Source of the DNA: Octopus sinensis
Taxonomy: Eukaryota
Reading direction: 5' to 3'
DNA length: 64,000 nucleotides
Assembly (NCBI RefSeq): GCF_006345805.1
Contig: NC_043010.1
Span: 48,112,001 to 48,176,000, forward strand
Shown one piece after another: positions 1-12,422 of this stretch (position 1 is its first letter; each line of letters begins with the position of its first letter). A program made the position numbers and the translations under genes. The notes below the pieces were generated by a model. The model was not told the DNA's origin, searched no databases, and worked only from the letters and a program-made list of their open reading frames with translations.

Positions 1-36
1 CTTTTCCTATCTTGTGTTTCAGATTGCAGGAACCTG

Positions 37-75
37 ATGTTTTGGTTTATGGTTCTCGTGGGGGCTAATAGTTTG
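37..75 (+). CDS. CTL-PAN-TM receptor, coding exon 1 (signal peptide start, MFWFMVLVGANSL)
   Basis: Acceptor tgtttcAG at 21-22, ATG at 37, donor GTAAGT at 76, phase 0. The frame is open back to the acceptor, so the true start could lie upstream of the window. Confidence 0.7.
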
Positions 76-1700
76 GTAAGTAGAAAATAAGGCTTAATAA
101 CTAAAATTTGACTCCAGAAAAGAAGCAAAAAGCCAAGAAAACTTCAAAGAACAACTGGTCTACTTGTTTTTTTGTTTTATTATTTTACTTGATATCTTAA
201 AGAAAACATGATTTGGTAGATGGAAACTGAAAGAAGCCCGTCGTATATATATATGTGTGTGTGTGTGTGTATATGTTTGTGTGTCTGTGTTTGTTCCCCC
301 CAACATCGCTTGACAACTGATGGTGGTGCGTTTATGTCCCCGTAACTTAACGGTTTTGGCCAAAGAGACCAATAGAATAGGTACTGGGCTTCCTGGGGTT
401 GATTTACTTGACTAAAGGCGGTGTTCCAGCATGGCTACAGTCAAATGACTGAAACAAGTAAAAGAGTACATTGGTTATATTTCTACAATACACAAAATAT
501 TTTAACAATTTTGTTTATACAATTCCTAATAATATTTAAAAATATAATAAGACTTTTTAAACAATATAATGGCAATATGGAGGAAGGGTCCACCAGAGTT
601 AAATAGGAATGAACAGAGTCCAAAGGTAAAAAATGGTTGAGAAACACTGCAAATAAAGCACCATTCGTTATGCATTGTCACCTGAGTTTCTTCTTGGTAA
701 ACATCCATTGCCCTTTGATAGTCTTTTATAGATGTTCTCATCATTGGATCAACAAAATTTTAAAAATTGGTTCATAGCTTCACAATTACAGAAGTGGCCT
801 AAACTAATATGGGAAACTCACTGATTGGATATCAAACGTGTCCCTGTGGCTTCTCACAAGTGTTGCTGGGTATACTTACTTATGTTCCAGTGGTATGTCT
901 CAGTTGTCGTTTCAGAAATTGTCATGCTATCACTAGAAGATATTATATAACTATTAAATGGGATTTTGCTGTCTTCACTTTCTTCGCAGTATATTCCACA
1001 TTTTTACGACATTAAACTGCATGTTCACCCTAGTATCATTATATAAAATATATAATATCCATTCTGTGAAATATGCTGTAATTCTTTACCAGTAATGTGT
1101 CATGAGTTATTAAATGTTTAATAACTTCTTGTATGTTCATATATTTAATAGCTTTTCATATTATTTATTATATTTAAATAAAATGTGGCACTTTGATCTT
1201 ATTATTATATTTCCATTCACTTGAAAATTAGCTGTTTGTTTCTAATTGAGATAATTTTATTATTAATAGCAATTCCACTTTTAAATGATAATTACTAAGC
1301 AAAAATAGCTTCGTTGTGTTTCATCCTTGTTTCCAGTACCAGATATAGCATCTCTTTACATATAAAATAAATCCATACATTAATATCTTGCAATTCGAAT
1401 AATGGAAATCTCTAAATGTCTAGAACTCAAAAATATCTATTCGATATAATCTTCCATTTAAATTGTCTATAACTCTAAAATGTTTATCTGATATAGCCTT
1501 CTATTAAAAAAAAAATAATAGTTTCTATGTTAAACTGATTTCTGTGAAAGTGATGTTTATATGTAAAATATTTCATCTGATTCTCTTTAATGCAAGAAAT
1601 GGTTAACATGCAGTTTACTGTCTTAAAAAGTGAAAGTAAACTGTAAGAGAAAGCTGATGTGATGCCAGTGAAATCCCCTAATTTCATTATATTCATGTAA

Positions 1701-2100
1701 TAGGTGCAGTAGTGGCTGTGTGGTATGTAGCTTGCTAATCAACCACTTGGTTCCGGGTTCAGTCCCACTGCGTGGCATCTTGGGTAAGTGTCTTCTACTA
1801 TAGCCTCGGGCCGACCAAAGCCTTGTGAGTGGATTTGGTAGACGGAAACTGAAAGAAGCCTGTCGTATATATGTATATGTATATATATGTATGTGTATGT
1901 GTTTGTGTGTCTGTGTTTGTCTCCCTAGCATTGCTTGACAACCGATGCTGGTGTGTTTACGTCCCCGTCACTTAGCGGTTCGGCAAAAGGGACCCGATAG
2001 AATAAGTACTCGGCTTACAAAAGAATAAGTCCCGGGGTCGATTTGCTTGACTAAAGGCGGTGCTCCAGCATGGCCACAGTCAAATGACTGAAACAAGTAA
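1701..2100 (+). mobile_element. tRNA-derived SINE family A (octopus OK/OR-like, about 400 bp, internal (TA)n(TG)n core)
   Basis: A box tggctgtgtgg, B box ggttcagtccc, conserved body, 3' end gactgaaacaagtaaaaga; about 30 full or partial copies in the window. Confidence 0.9.
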
Positions 2101-3860
2101 AATAAAATAATAAAAAAATATAACATGAAAGCAACGCTTAAAATGTACACATAACTTTTTCACAGTCTCTAAACCTATTCTGTCATCTATGTTCATGCAG
2201 ATATAATATTAATAAAGCATCTCTCATTCTGCAGTATCACCTGAATTTCTTCTTAATGAGTATCCACCACCATTCAACAGTTAGTGAATGAATGCTCTCA
2301 TCGTTGGATCAGCAAAATTTAAAGCATAGTTCACAACTATGCTTTAAATAAGAAACTGAACCATTGGATATCAAATGTATTTCTGTGGCTCCACAGCAGT
2401 GTTTGTTGTTAGGTGTACCGCACAGTAGCAATGTATCTCAGCTGGTATTTCAGAAATGCTCATACTATCACTAGAAGATATTATATAACTAGGTGCCTGT
2501 GTTTACTAAATTATGAAATTTCACTATTGTCATTTTTAGCTCAATTTACTTTCACTTTTTTATGACACCAAACTGCATGTTAACCTAAGAAATAATGTGG
2601 AGTTGAAACTAAGGAATAATTGTAGGAGGTTTTTATGGCTATATGTCCTTCTTAATGCCAACCACCTATGTATATGATCTCTAACTGTGGAAGAGGTAGA
2701 GCCAGGAAGACATGGGATGAGGTGGTGAAGCATAATCTTCAAATGTTGGGTCTCTTGGAGGCAATGATAAATGATTGAAACCTTTGATGATTTGCTGTGC
2801 TTTAGAAAACTCATCAAACTAAGTGAAATCACAGTCATGGCTGGTGCTGGGGGCACACAAAAGGCACCTGTGCTGGCGACACATAAAAGATACCTGTGCC
2901 TGTGACACGTAAAAGGCACACTTGCTGGTGACACTTAAAAGGTACCCACTACACTCTTGGAGTAGTTGGCATTAGGAAGGGCATGGGTGCCAGTTGCATG
3001 ATACCAGTATCTGCCACAACTACAATTTCACATGGCTTGATGGATCTTCCTTCTTAAGCACTGCATATTGCTAAAGGTCTAGGTCATTTGTCATTGCCTC
3101 CATGAGGCCCAGCGTTTGAAAGGTGCTTTTTATGTGCCATTGGCATGGATGCTATATAAATATACTATAATATAGTATAGATGGAATTAAAATCCAAGCT
3201 GTGTCTTCATGAAACATTTCTGAAAAGCTTGGCTCTATCTGATGAAATGCACATGAGTATTTGATAACGTATGTATATATATTATTATATTATAAATTCA
3301 TTATATTCATATTAATATCTATGTTCATGTTAAGACAGTGAACTGGCAGAATCATTAGCATACCTGGAAAAATGCTTAGTGGCACTTTGTGTCTTTATGT
3401 TCTGAGTTCTAATTTAGCCAAGATCAACCTTGCCTTTCATCCTTTTGAGGTTCATAAAATCAGTACCAGTTGAACACTGGGGTTGATGTAATTGACTTTA
3501 TTCCCTCCCATGAAATTACTGACCTTCGAAATCAATATTTATGCTCATGAAATGCATTCCTCACATTTTATTTGCATGTGTGTATGTGTATGCAAGCATA
3601 TGGATGAGAAATTAAAGATTTAGTAATAAGGATAATAATAATAATGCATATTAATTATAATAATCCTTTCTACTAATGGCACAAGGCCTGGACTTTGTGG
3701 GGAGGGGGATAGTCAACTACATCAACCCCAGTACTTGACTGGTGCTTAATTTATCGGCCCTGAAAGGATGAAAGGCAAAGTTGACTTTGGCTGAATTTGA
3801 ACTGCCAACTTACAGCCTTCAAATTAATTATAATAATAATATTTATTTAATATTTTCTAG

Positions 3861-3897
3861 AACATGGTGATATGTCTTTCAAAGACTAACAGTATAG
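3861..3897 (+). CDS. CTL-PAN-TM receptor, exon 2 (NMVICLSKTNSI)
   Basis: tattttctAG acceptor, GTAAGA donor, 37 nt, phase 0 to 1; exactly bridges exon 1 to the CTL exon. Confidence 0.75.
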
Positions 3898-3959
3898 GTA
3901 AGAAATGAATTTTTATATTTCATGTTGTTTATAATAATCTGGAGTAAAGACAGGAGAGA

Positions 3960-4320
3960 TATGCAGTGATATATGTATGGATGAAACTGGAGGGGTTGGC
4001 ACCAAACTTTGGCATGAAGAGCTATACAAACCCCTGAGTCTGATGTCAATGTACTGTTCAGAAGGCCACAGCTCTCTTTCTAGAGTGAGGACCATGTACT
4101 GCAGTAGCTTGGGATTCAAGGGCGCACAGCTATAAATATCTGCCAAAATATCTGAGGGATCTTCATCGAGTAGGGGTAGATGTTTCTAAGAAACAACTTG
4201 ATCTCCTGCTGTCAAAGGTCCCAGATGAACCATTGTCATGGCAAGAAACTCCAAAGGAGGGCAACTGTGTCAAACTCCCTCCTTCAAAAGCCAATCGCAT
4301 AAGAATGATCACTGAAAAGA
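3960..4320 (+). mobile_element. CR1-like LINE 3' fragment
   Basis: SLGFKG.QL..LPKYLRDLH...KKQLDLLLSKVPDEP in broken frames. Confidence 0.7.
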
Positions 4321-4434
4321 TGATTGCTCTGGTGCTGCTCCAGCATGGCCGCAGCCTTTGGGTTGAGACATATAAAAGATATCGCTAGCCACTATACCTT
4401 TTTCTGTTTTCTCTCCCTGTTTATTTATGTGTTC

Positions 4435-4470
4435 CTTTCTGTCGAAGAGCATATGCTTGAAACGTAAAAG
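4435..4470 (+). ncRNA. Degenerate minimal type-I hammerhead ribozyme motif (A6U) in a (TA)n-tailed Penelope-like repeat
   Basis: cttt CTGTCGA A GAGC-atat-GCTT GAAA CGTA aaag: stem I 4 bp, stem II 4 bp, palindromic ACGT stem III. Confidence 0.6.
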
Positions 4471-4558
4471 ACTTTCTCACTTCCTGAGCGTTAAACTAAT
4501 ACACCTGTTTGTTGTTTACACACCTGTGTTTGTCTTTTGTTTTTTTGTAAATTCTCAC

Positions 4559-4601
<43 letters not shown>

Positions 4602-4998
4602 TGCAGGTGTGGCTGCCTAGTTAAGAAGTATGCGTCCCATCCTCATTTTTTGGGGGTCAATCCTACTGCATGGTATTTTGGGCAGGTATCCTCTGCTATA
4701 GCCAGGGCTGACCAAAACCTTGTGAGTTGATTTCATGAAAGAAACCTGTCATACATATGTGTATATATATATGTACATGGATGTGTGTGTGTGTGTGTGT
4801 GTGTGTGTCAGTGTCAGTGTCACCTTGTCTCAGTATCATTTAATAGTTGTAAAAGAGCTTGAAAATATGTCTAGCCAAAAGGAAATATTACCTTACTTGG
4901 GAATGTACACACACGCACACACACACACACACAGAGCTGTATGTATATGTATTACATGCATTCACACATATAAACACATATGTACATATATATATGCA

Positions 4999-5059
<61 letters not shown>

Positions 5060-5275
5060 TCATACTTACCTTCTCATATATATACATGTACAAACATATA
5101 TGTACACACATATACATTATGTTTATGCATACACACACACACACACCACACATGTACAAAAAAATACTCTCGAGATAATATTTACACAAAGTTTTTCCTA
5201 ATAATATTTTCCCCTTCTATTTACTATTTCTTTTTGTTCCTTTCATCTTTGTTTTTTGTGTTTCCTTCCTTTAAG

Positions 5276-5429
5276 AATTCAATTACAACCATGGTAGGAT
5301 TTACTTGATATCGTACCAAAAAAAAAGCTGGACTGACGCCAGTAGTTATTGCCAGAACAGGGCTGGGCATTTGGCTACAATATATGAACCGTCCACCATT
5401 CCGGAAATGGGTTTCACCAAACAGAACAG
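5276..5429 (+). CDS. CTL-PAN-TM receptor, exon 3 (N-half of C-type lectin-like domain)
   Basis: Long pyrimidine tract plus AG; encodes EFNYNHGRIYLISYQKKSWTDASSYCQNRAGHLATI (W-x-x-A-x-x-x-C and GHLA-x-I CTLD motifs); needs the phase-2 donor CAG|GCATGA. Confidence 0.85.
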
Positions 5430-6112
5430 GCATGATATCTATTTATCTATTTTTATCTATTTTTTTCTTTCTTTCTTTCTTTTTTATTTTATTTGTTTAC
5501 AATGAAAAATAAATTTCTTCTCCTCCTCTTTCTTCTTCTTCTTCTTCTTCTTCTTCTTCTTCTTCTTCTTCTTCTTCCCTCCCTTCCTCCCTCCCTCCCT
5601 CCCTCCCCATTTCCCTACCTTCCCCTTCCCCCTCCCCCATGTCCTTCCTTCCTTCCTTTTCATTCATAGCCTTATTGTCATAATGAACCAGCAAAAGAGC
5701 TTTTAATACAGTCACTTGGCCTGCTGGAAATAGCAGCCAAATCTCCTTCGAATCATCTCATGCCATCTTAAAAACAAAAAAAAAAGACACAACGAACAAT
5801 ATAGTTACAGATATAATATAAAATAATAGGATAGAGGAAACTTGGAATGCCTTTGATCCTAGGTCTACTTCAGTAAGGGGTGACCTGGGGCTAAACAACC
5901 AACAAACATTGCCATCATTTTTGTCATCATTGTCGTCATCATCACCACCACCACCACCACCACTACATCCATCATCATCAGCAGGAGCAGCAGAAATAGT
6001 ATCTGAAACAAGTATGGCAGTGAACAGAATACCTGGTGGTGTGTAGTTACATCCAGTTGTGTTTTGTGCTCAAATCCCACCTAGGAATTGAATGATATGC
6101 CCTCCTTCATAC

Positions 6113-6271
6113 CTAGTGGTATTCAAGCCCTCTTCTTCTTGTTCATCCTCCAAGAATCTACTTCTTAAACTCTGAAAGCATTTGTTAAATACATCAGAAA
6201 CAGAGGACTCAGGTGTGAGGGCAAGCAGAGAATTGTGATTATTTCCACTCAACCTTCCAGCTTCCACATGC
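6113..6271 (-). other. Isolated candidate exon antisense to CTL gene intron 3
   Basis: 159-nt open phase 2-2 segment between tttcttcactcatgAG and GTATGA (HVEAGRLSGNNHNSLLALTPESSVSDVFNKCFQSLRSRFLEDEQEEEGLNTT); no partner exons found. Confidence 0.25.
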
Positions 6272-6453
6272 CTCATGAGTGAAGAAATGATGAAAGTGAC
6301 AATATTTCTGTGTCATAAATGCATGTGATAAACTGACCACCACCACTAAAGGTTCTCAATAAGTTCCAAAATAGGACCAAAACTGGTTGGAACAAACTCA
6401 GTCCGCTTTTTCTGCTTTCTCTCTCTTTCTCTCTCTCTCTCTCTTTCTCTCTC

Positions 6454-6491
<38 letters not shown>

Positions 6492-6662
6492 ATTATTTCC
6501 ATTTAACCATTTAACCTTCCACATATTTTTTATATTTACTTGGTGTATCTAATTAGAAAATTATCGTTCATTATGTTTAGTGTCATTACAATAGATGTTC
6601 ACTATTGTATAATTAGTGTCTCATATACATAATCTATCAACATTCAAACAAGAAATATAACT

Positions 6663-7119
6663 AACTAGCAGTATAGCCCAGCGTTGCTCGGGTTTGTTTT
6701 TTAGTTGCACTTAAAATGGCAGACTTTGATGTTGCGCTAACAAAGTTTTGACATAGTTTCAATCTTTTTTGAAAAGTAAAAATTTTGCATTATGTAGCTT
6801 GTTATTCTCTTTAAGTGAACATTTTTCTGGTTGAAATACACCGAAAAATGGTGACACAGCAATCAAAAAATTGTAAAAAATAGGGATTTTCATAGAAAAA
6901 AGCACCTTTTTGATGTAAATAATTTTTGGTGTTAACATGGTCCGATTTGAATTTTTCTCTCCTACGGAAGGAAGAGCAAGCCTTCTTTTATCATACTCTC
7001 GATTTTGGTCAACTTGCGCAACAGGGTCTCAGAGGAGATAGTGTTAGTTGAAGGCTACCAAACCTGCCACACACACAACACACACACACAGAGACAACTT
7101 CAGCTTTATATGTATAGAT
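6663..7119 (+). mobile_element. Helentron/HINE (DINE-1-like) non-autonomous element
   Basis: 5' AACTAGCAG...CCCAGCGTTGCTCGGG hairpin, 3' (CA)n then acaacttcagctttata..tagat; second copy at 17391-17783. Confidence 0.7.
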
Positions 7120-7344
7120 TATAACCTATATGGTCATATTTACTTGTGTAATATGAGAAATTTAATACAAAACATCAAGATCAAATATGGATGGAATAGT
7201 ATCATAACATGTGTGTAAAAAAAGATAAGAGGATAAAATATGTTACTAAATACAGGTACAACATGGATTTGCCAGATCCTATATTTCTTGGATAACCAAT
7301 TTTTCCAAACCACATTGTCAATTAAACAGATGTGAAATTTACTT

Positions 7345-7600
7345 AATTCCCAACGATGAAGAGTAGGCTAATACTCCAATAGTTTTTGCACTTCCTGCTG
7401 TCACCTTTCTTATGGATGGGAATGATGATGGCCTTCTTCCATCTTGAAGGTATGCTATCTGATCACCATATGAGTTGGATGAGCTCAAGGAGTCATTCAA
7501 GCAGTACTGTACTTCCAGCCTTGATTGCCTCAGCAGTAACCTGCTCCAAGCCAGGGGCCTCCCCATTTTTCAACAAAAGTTTGGCTTCTTTCACGTCCTC
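7345..7600 (-). mobile_element. LINE reverse transcriptase N-terminal fragment (RTE-like)
   Basis: LKNGEAPGLEQVTAEAIKAG...WKKAIIIPIHKKGDSRKCKNYWSISLL with in-frame stops. Confidence 0.85.
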
Positions 7601-7784
7601 TAAGATTTTACTTTATTTCAGGTTTTCTTTTTACACAAATAATTAAATGAAACGCAGGTACCTGCATACTAGTATTATAGATACAAGTTTATTTATACTA
7701 TACTATGTAAGGTACCAGTAAACTAGCCTGGGTGGTTGCAAGAATTTGAAGTTTCTGCTTGTAAATTAGTGCAGATTATAAGAA

Positions 7785-7986
7785 GGGTTGCTGAAAAGTT
7801 CCTGGCTTTGGGTAAAAGAAGAAAGATCAGTTAATTATGATTTTATTCAACATATTCTCCTCTTAGATTCACACACTTATGGCAGAGTTCCTTCAGTTTT
7901 TCTAAGCCCTGTGAAAGAGCTTGTAAAGTTGGGCCTCCAACCAGGCCTTTCATGATACCCTTAAAGCCAGGAACTTTTCAGCACCT
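7785..7986 (-). mobile_element. mariner-derived MITE
   Basis: TIR gggtgctgaaaagttcctggctt; retains a transposase C-terminus like KCVNLRGEYVE*; copies at 17320-17928 (interrupted), 23525-23732 and 52727-52925. Confidence 0.85.
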
Positions 7987-8045
7987 CTTTGTAAGAGTAC
8001 ATTATTTACATTCAACGGATATTTGTCCTCATCTTGTTTGTTGTT

Positions 8046-8093
8046 AACACAATGTTTTGGCTGATATATACCCTCCAGCCTTCTTCAGGTGTC
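8046..8093 (-). ncRNA. Degenerate minimal type-I hammerhead motif (CpG-decayed)
   Basis: gacac CTGAAGA A GGCTG-12nt-CAGCC AAAA CATT gtgtt; G12A and ACGT to ACAT are both CpG transitions. Confidence 0.6.
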
Positions 8094-8825
8094 TTGGGTT
8101 CTTTTTCCTAAGGTATTTTTCGATGTTGTTATTATTATTATTGTTATTATTATTATTATTGTGCAGGGCCGTTTGCCAGCCTCGCCTGGCCTCCGTGCCG
8201 GTGGCACATAAAAAGCACCATCTGACCGTGGCCGTTTGCCAGCCTCGTCTGGCACCTGTGCTGGTGGCACGTAAAAAGCACCCACTACACTCATGGAGTG
8301 GTTGGCGTTAGGAAGGGCATCCAGCCGTAGAAACATTGCCAGATCAGACTGGGCCTGGTACAGCCTTCTGGCTTCCCAGACCCCAGTTGCACCGTCCAAC
8401 CCATGCCAGCATGGAAAGCAGACGCTAAACGATGATGATGATGATGTCACTAATTGGAATTGAACTCGGAATCTTGGGGTTAGTAGCCCGCACTCTTAAC
8501 CACTGCGCCATATGCTCGTGGGCATATGGCATAGTGGTTGATGAGGACAAATATCCGTTGAATGTAAATAATTCCTCATCTCTTAAATATAGAACTCTTT
8601 GTAAGAGTTTCTGCACCATCTGTGTCCAGAAAGTTGGCGTTGTACCTGTGTAGTAGTTAATTTTGGCAATTTTGTTTTTTAATTCATTCAATTTTCTTAT
8701 ATTTTCTTGTTTTTTTTTGTCTTTATCTTGTGCATGTATATTTATATACATACATGTGTATGTATAAATAAATGTATATATATTTTTTATTTATTTATTT
8801 TAAAAAATTTCTTATATGATATTAG

Positions 8826-9004
8826 AACATTTTGGGTTGGACTCCAGTGGAATAAAACCAAAAGTCTATCATCATGGAGCAACTGGCATAGTCCTCCTTC
8901 TAAACCCAGTGCAATATGTGGTAGTGTGTTGTTACAGACACCATATACATGGTATGCAATGGAATGCACTTTCAAATTACCATTCATCTGTGAAATTCGA
9001 AATG
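8826..9004 (+). CDS. CTL-PAN-TM receptor, exon 4 (C-half of C-type lectin-like domain)
   Basis: RTFWVGLQW...SWSNW...AICGSV...WYAMEC...LPFICE: WIGL-like motif and three Cys; donor G|GTAAGT; phase 2 to 1. Confidence 0.9.
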
Positions 9005-9087
9005 GTAAGTGACAAAATATGATATATTCACACACATTCACTGTCTACACACACACTGGTGTATATATATATATATATATATATATC

Positions 9088-9482
9088 TTTCTCTTTTACT
9101 TGTTTCAGTCATTTGACTGTGGCCATGCTGGAGCACCACTTTTAATCGAGCAACTCGACCCCGGGACTTATTCTTTGTAAGCCCAGTACTTATTCTATCG
9201 GACTCTTTTGCCGAACCGTAAGTAACGGGGACATAAACACACCAGCATCGGTTGTCAAGCAATGCTAGGGGGACAAACACAGACACACAAACACACACAC
9301 ACATATATAAACATATATATGACGGGCTTCTTTCAGTTTCCGTCTACCAAATCCACTCACAAGGCTTTGGTCGGCCCGATGTTATAGTAGAAGACACTTG
9401 CTCAAGGTGCCACGCAGTGGGACTGAACCCGGAACCCTGTGGTTGGTAAACAAGCTACTTACCACACAGCCACTCCTGCACC
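9088..9482 (-). mobile_element. SINE family A copy
   Basis: Reverse complement of the 1701-2100 element. Confidence 0.9.
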
Positions 9483-10399
9483 TATATATACATACATCCA
9501 TCCATCCATCCATCCATCCATTCATCCATCCATCCATCCATCCATCCATCCATCCATGCATGCATGCATGCATGCATGCATCCGTACATACATACATACA
9601 TACATACAAGAAGGGATCTACAGACATTGGGATGACAGATGACAGGGGACCAAGACTCCTGATGGTTTGCAGTGCTTGAAAAGACACATCCAGATAAGTA
9701 AAAGCATAGTTGCTCTTGCATACAGGCTCATTCCTTGCAACTCTCTCCAGCTGAGCATCCCTAGTCTTGTGGGCCCATATGTGCTGGTGCCACATAAAAA
9801 TCACCCATGCCAGTGCTGAATAAAAGCCACCAGTATACTCTGTAAAGTGGTTGGCATTAGGAAGGGCTTCCAGCCTTAGAAACCATGGCAAAACGGACAT
9901 GGAATGGGAACAGCCTTTCAGCCAGTCAGCTCTTGTCAAACTGTTGAACCTATGGAAAATGGACATTAAATGATGATGATGAATATGATGATGATGAATA
10001 TGATGATGATGAGGATGATATATATATATATAAATCAGCATTGTTTGGAACTGCAAGAATTCTTCACAGGGTTCTTGAAGTATGACCAGTAAACAAGTGT
10101 CACCTTAGTTTACTGGCTGTGAAGAGCTGACACATACCCAGCAAAATAAGCTGAGAGTTTGCATCAAATAATAATAATCCTTTCTACTATAGGCACAAGG
10201 CTTGAAACTTTGGGGGAGGTGGGCTAGTTGATTACATCGACCCTATTGCTCAACTGCTACTTAATTTATCGACCCTGAAAGGATGAAAGGCAAAATTGAC
10301 TTCAGTGGAATTTGAACTCAGTACATCAATGTGAACAAAATGCCACTAAGTATTTCACCTGGCTTGCTAACAATTCTGCCAGCTCGCTACCTTGCATCA

Positions 10400-10436
<37 letters not shown>

Positions 10437-11079
10437 TAATAATGATGATGATGATCATCATCATCATCATTGTTTAATGTCCGCTTTTCATGCTAGCATG
10501 GGTTGGACGATTTGACTGAGGACTGGCGAACCAGATCGCTGCACCAGGCTCCTATCTTGATCTGGCAGAGTTTCTACAGCAGGATGCCCTTCCTAATGCC
10601 AACCACTCTGAGAGTGTAGTGGGTGCTTTTATGTGCCAGTCAGGCGGTACTGTCAACAGCCATGCCCAAATGGTGTTTTTATTTATGTTCCACCTGCACA
10701 CTGGTACAAGTGCCAGTAAGGCGACACTGGTGACGATCACGCTCGAATGGTGCTTTTTATGTGCCACCAGCATGGACACCAGTTAGCCGCTCTGGCAATG
10801 ATCACACTCGGATGGTGCTCTTAGTGCTCCACTAGCATGGATGCCAGTCATCACATTTGATTTCGATGATGATGATGATAATAGTTTCTAAAACAAGCAC
10901 AAAGCCTGAAATCTTGAAAGAAGGTTATATTTCATTAGATAGGCTCCAGTATTTTACTGGTATTATTTGATCTAATTAGAAAAAAAAAAACAAAAAAGAA
11001 AAGTGTAAGAATAGTTGAATATGGTGGGATTTGAACTCAGAAGAGAAATAAGTAAATGTTGCAAAGCCTTCTGTCCCAT

Positions 11080-11790
11080 GCTCTACTTACTGCTCTAACA
11101 TTCATTACAGGAATTCCAGTGGAATGATACTCCTAGTAGAAAGAACTGAGTATAGCGGTTAGTGTAGGGTCTTGGTGTGTGAGTTGGAGGCGAAATAGCT
11201 GATGAAAAGAAGAGAGATGTGTGAGTTTGGAATGTACAAATAGAAGTGGCATAAGTTTCCAGCCAGCACTGAGGATGAAAAGCAACTGTTGTAGCTTTAG
11301 AAAAGGCAGAGAGAGAAGACAACATGTTTATGGGTTTGTCATTGGAGTATGTTGAGTGACTTTATCCCTTTAGCATTGAGATTACTCTGTCGAATGTAAT
11401 GCTTATTTATTCACATTGTTTTCAATTAATCATGCATTATCTTGTGGCTTTGAGATTTCAACGATGTGATTGTTTTTGTTTTTAGAATGACATTGTAAAG
11501 TAGGTGTGGGATGCCGATGGTAGAATATTTGAGCAGGATATAATCTATTCTCTAGGTGTAGTCTAGAATGTCTGTGTGAACAGAAGCAGTACCATCCCAG
11601 ATGTGGGAGAAGTATGCCATTGTGAGTCTCTTGTCTGAGTTTTATAGAGGTTTAGTAATTGTTAGTTGTTTGTTGTGGGTTGAACTATTTTCTGGCAGTG
11701 AAGTGGAGGGCCAAACTTTGCTAAGCAGTCTTTACTATGCAAAGTGTGTTGTTCACTGGCAGAGATGAAGAGTTGTTAGGCTGCACCATG
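11080..11790 (-). mobile_element. L2/CR1-group LINE RT C-terminal remnant, interrupted by a MITE
   Basis: Broken frames resemble TARK.FNPQQ.LTL...IR.TM.YFSHIWDG and LSSLCLF; MITE fragment at about 11362-11545. Confidence 0.65.
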
Positions 11791-11862
11791 ATTTCTCAGT
11801 AATGGTGCAGCCTACCATTGAGAGTGGAAACTGTACTGAAGCCTGTCATACATATGTGTGTG

Positions 11863-11913
<51 letters not shown>

Positions 11914-12422
11914 TTATATGTTTGTGTATGTGTGTACTTATCTGTGTTTATGTTAAAAAATCCCAATGCTGTTTTTTGTTGTATCCCTTTATGTCTCATA
12001 ATTTAGAGGTTCAAGAAATAGTGATCTCTAAAAATAAGTCCTAAATTGAAACAAGAACTTGGATTGATATGATCAGCTAAAGCATTGGAGGCAGTGCCCC
12101 AGCATGGCCACAGTCTAATGACTGAATGCAGCAAAAGAATAAAACGTGGGTAGCAGCCACCATGGAGGAAAAGGCCCACCTCCACTAAGAATCTAAATAA
12201 AAACTCACCATTCTGTATAATCCTTGGTGTCTTCATGACTGTTGCCTGCAAAAACGTAGACTTCAAGAATTGGCTCCCTCATGTTCATCAATTTTTTCTT
12301 TTACACCAACCTGTTTCCATTAAATTTTCTTGAGGGCAGCACTTCTCTTTCCACCCTGTCATTCTTTACCATCTACTTCAAGTGCTAATAGTAATAATGA
12401 CAATGATAACAATTTGTTTTAG

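Noticed and set aside
4735-5308. ORFs of 147-149 aa and many similar HTHT/YIYI/CVCV ORFs throughout the track
   Set aside because: Translations of (CA)n, (TA)n and (TG)n microsatellites and SINE bodies.
9382-10056. 224-aa minus-strand ORF
   Set aside because: Mosaic of (ATG)n tail, RTE 3' UTR, (CCAT)n/(CATG)n repeats and SINE; no domain.
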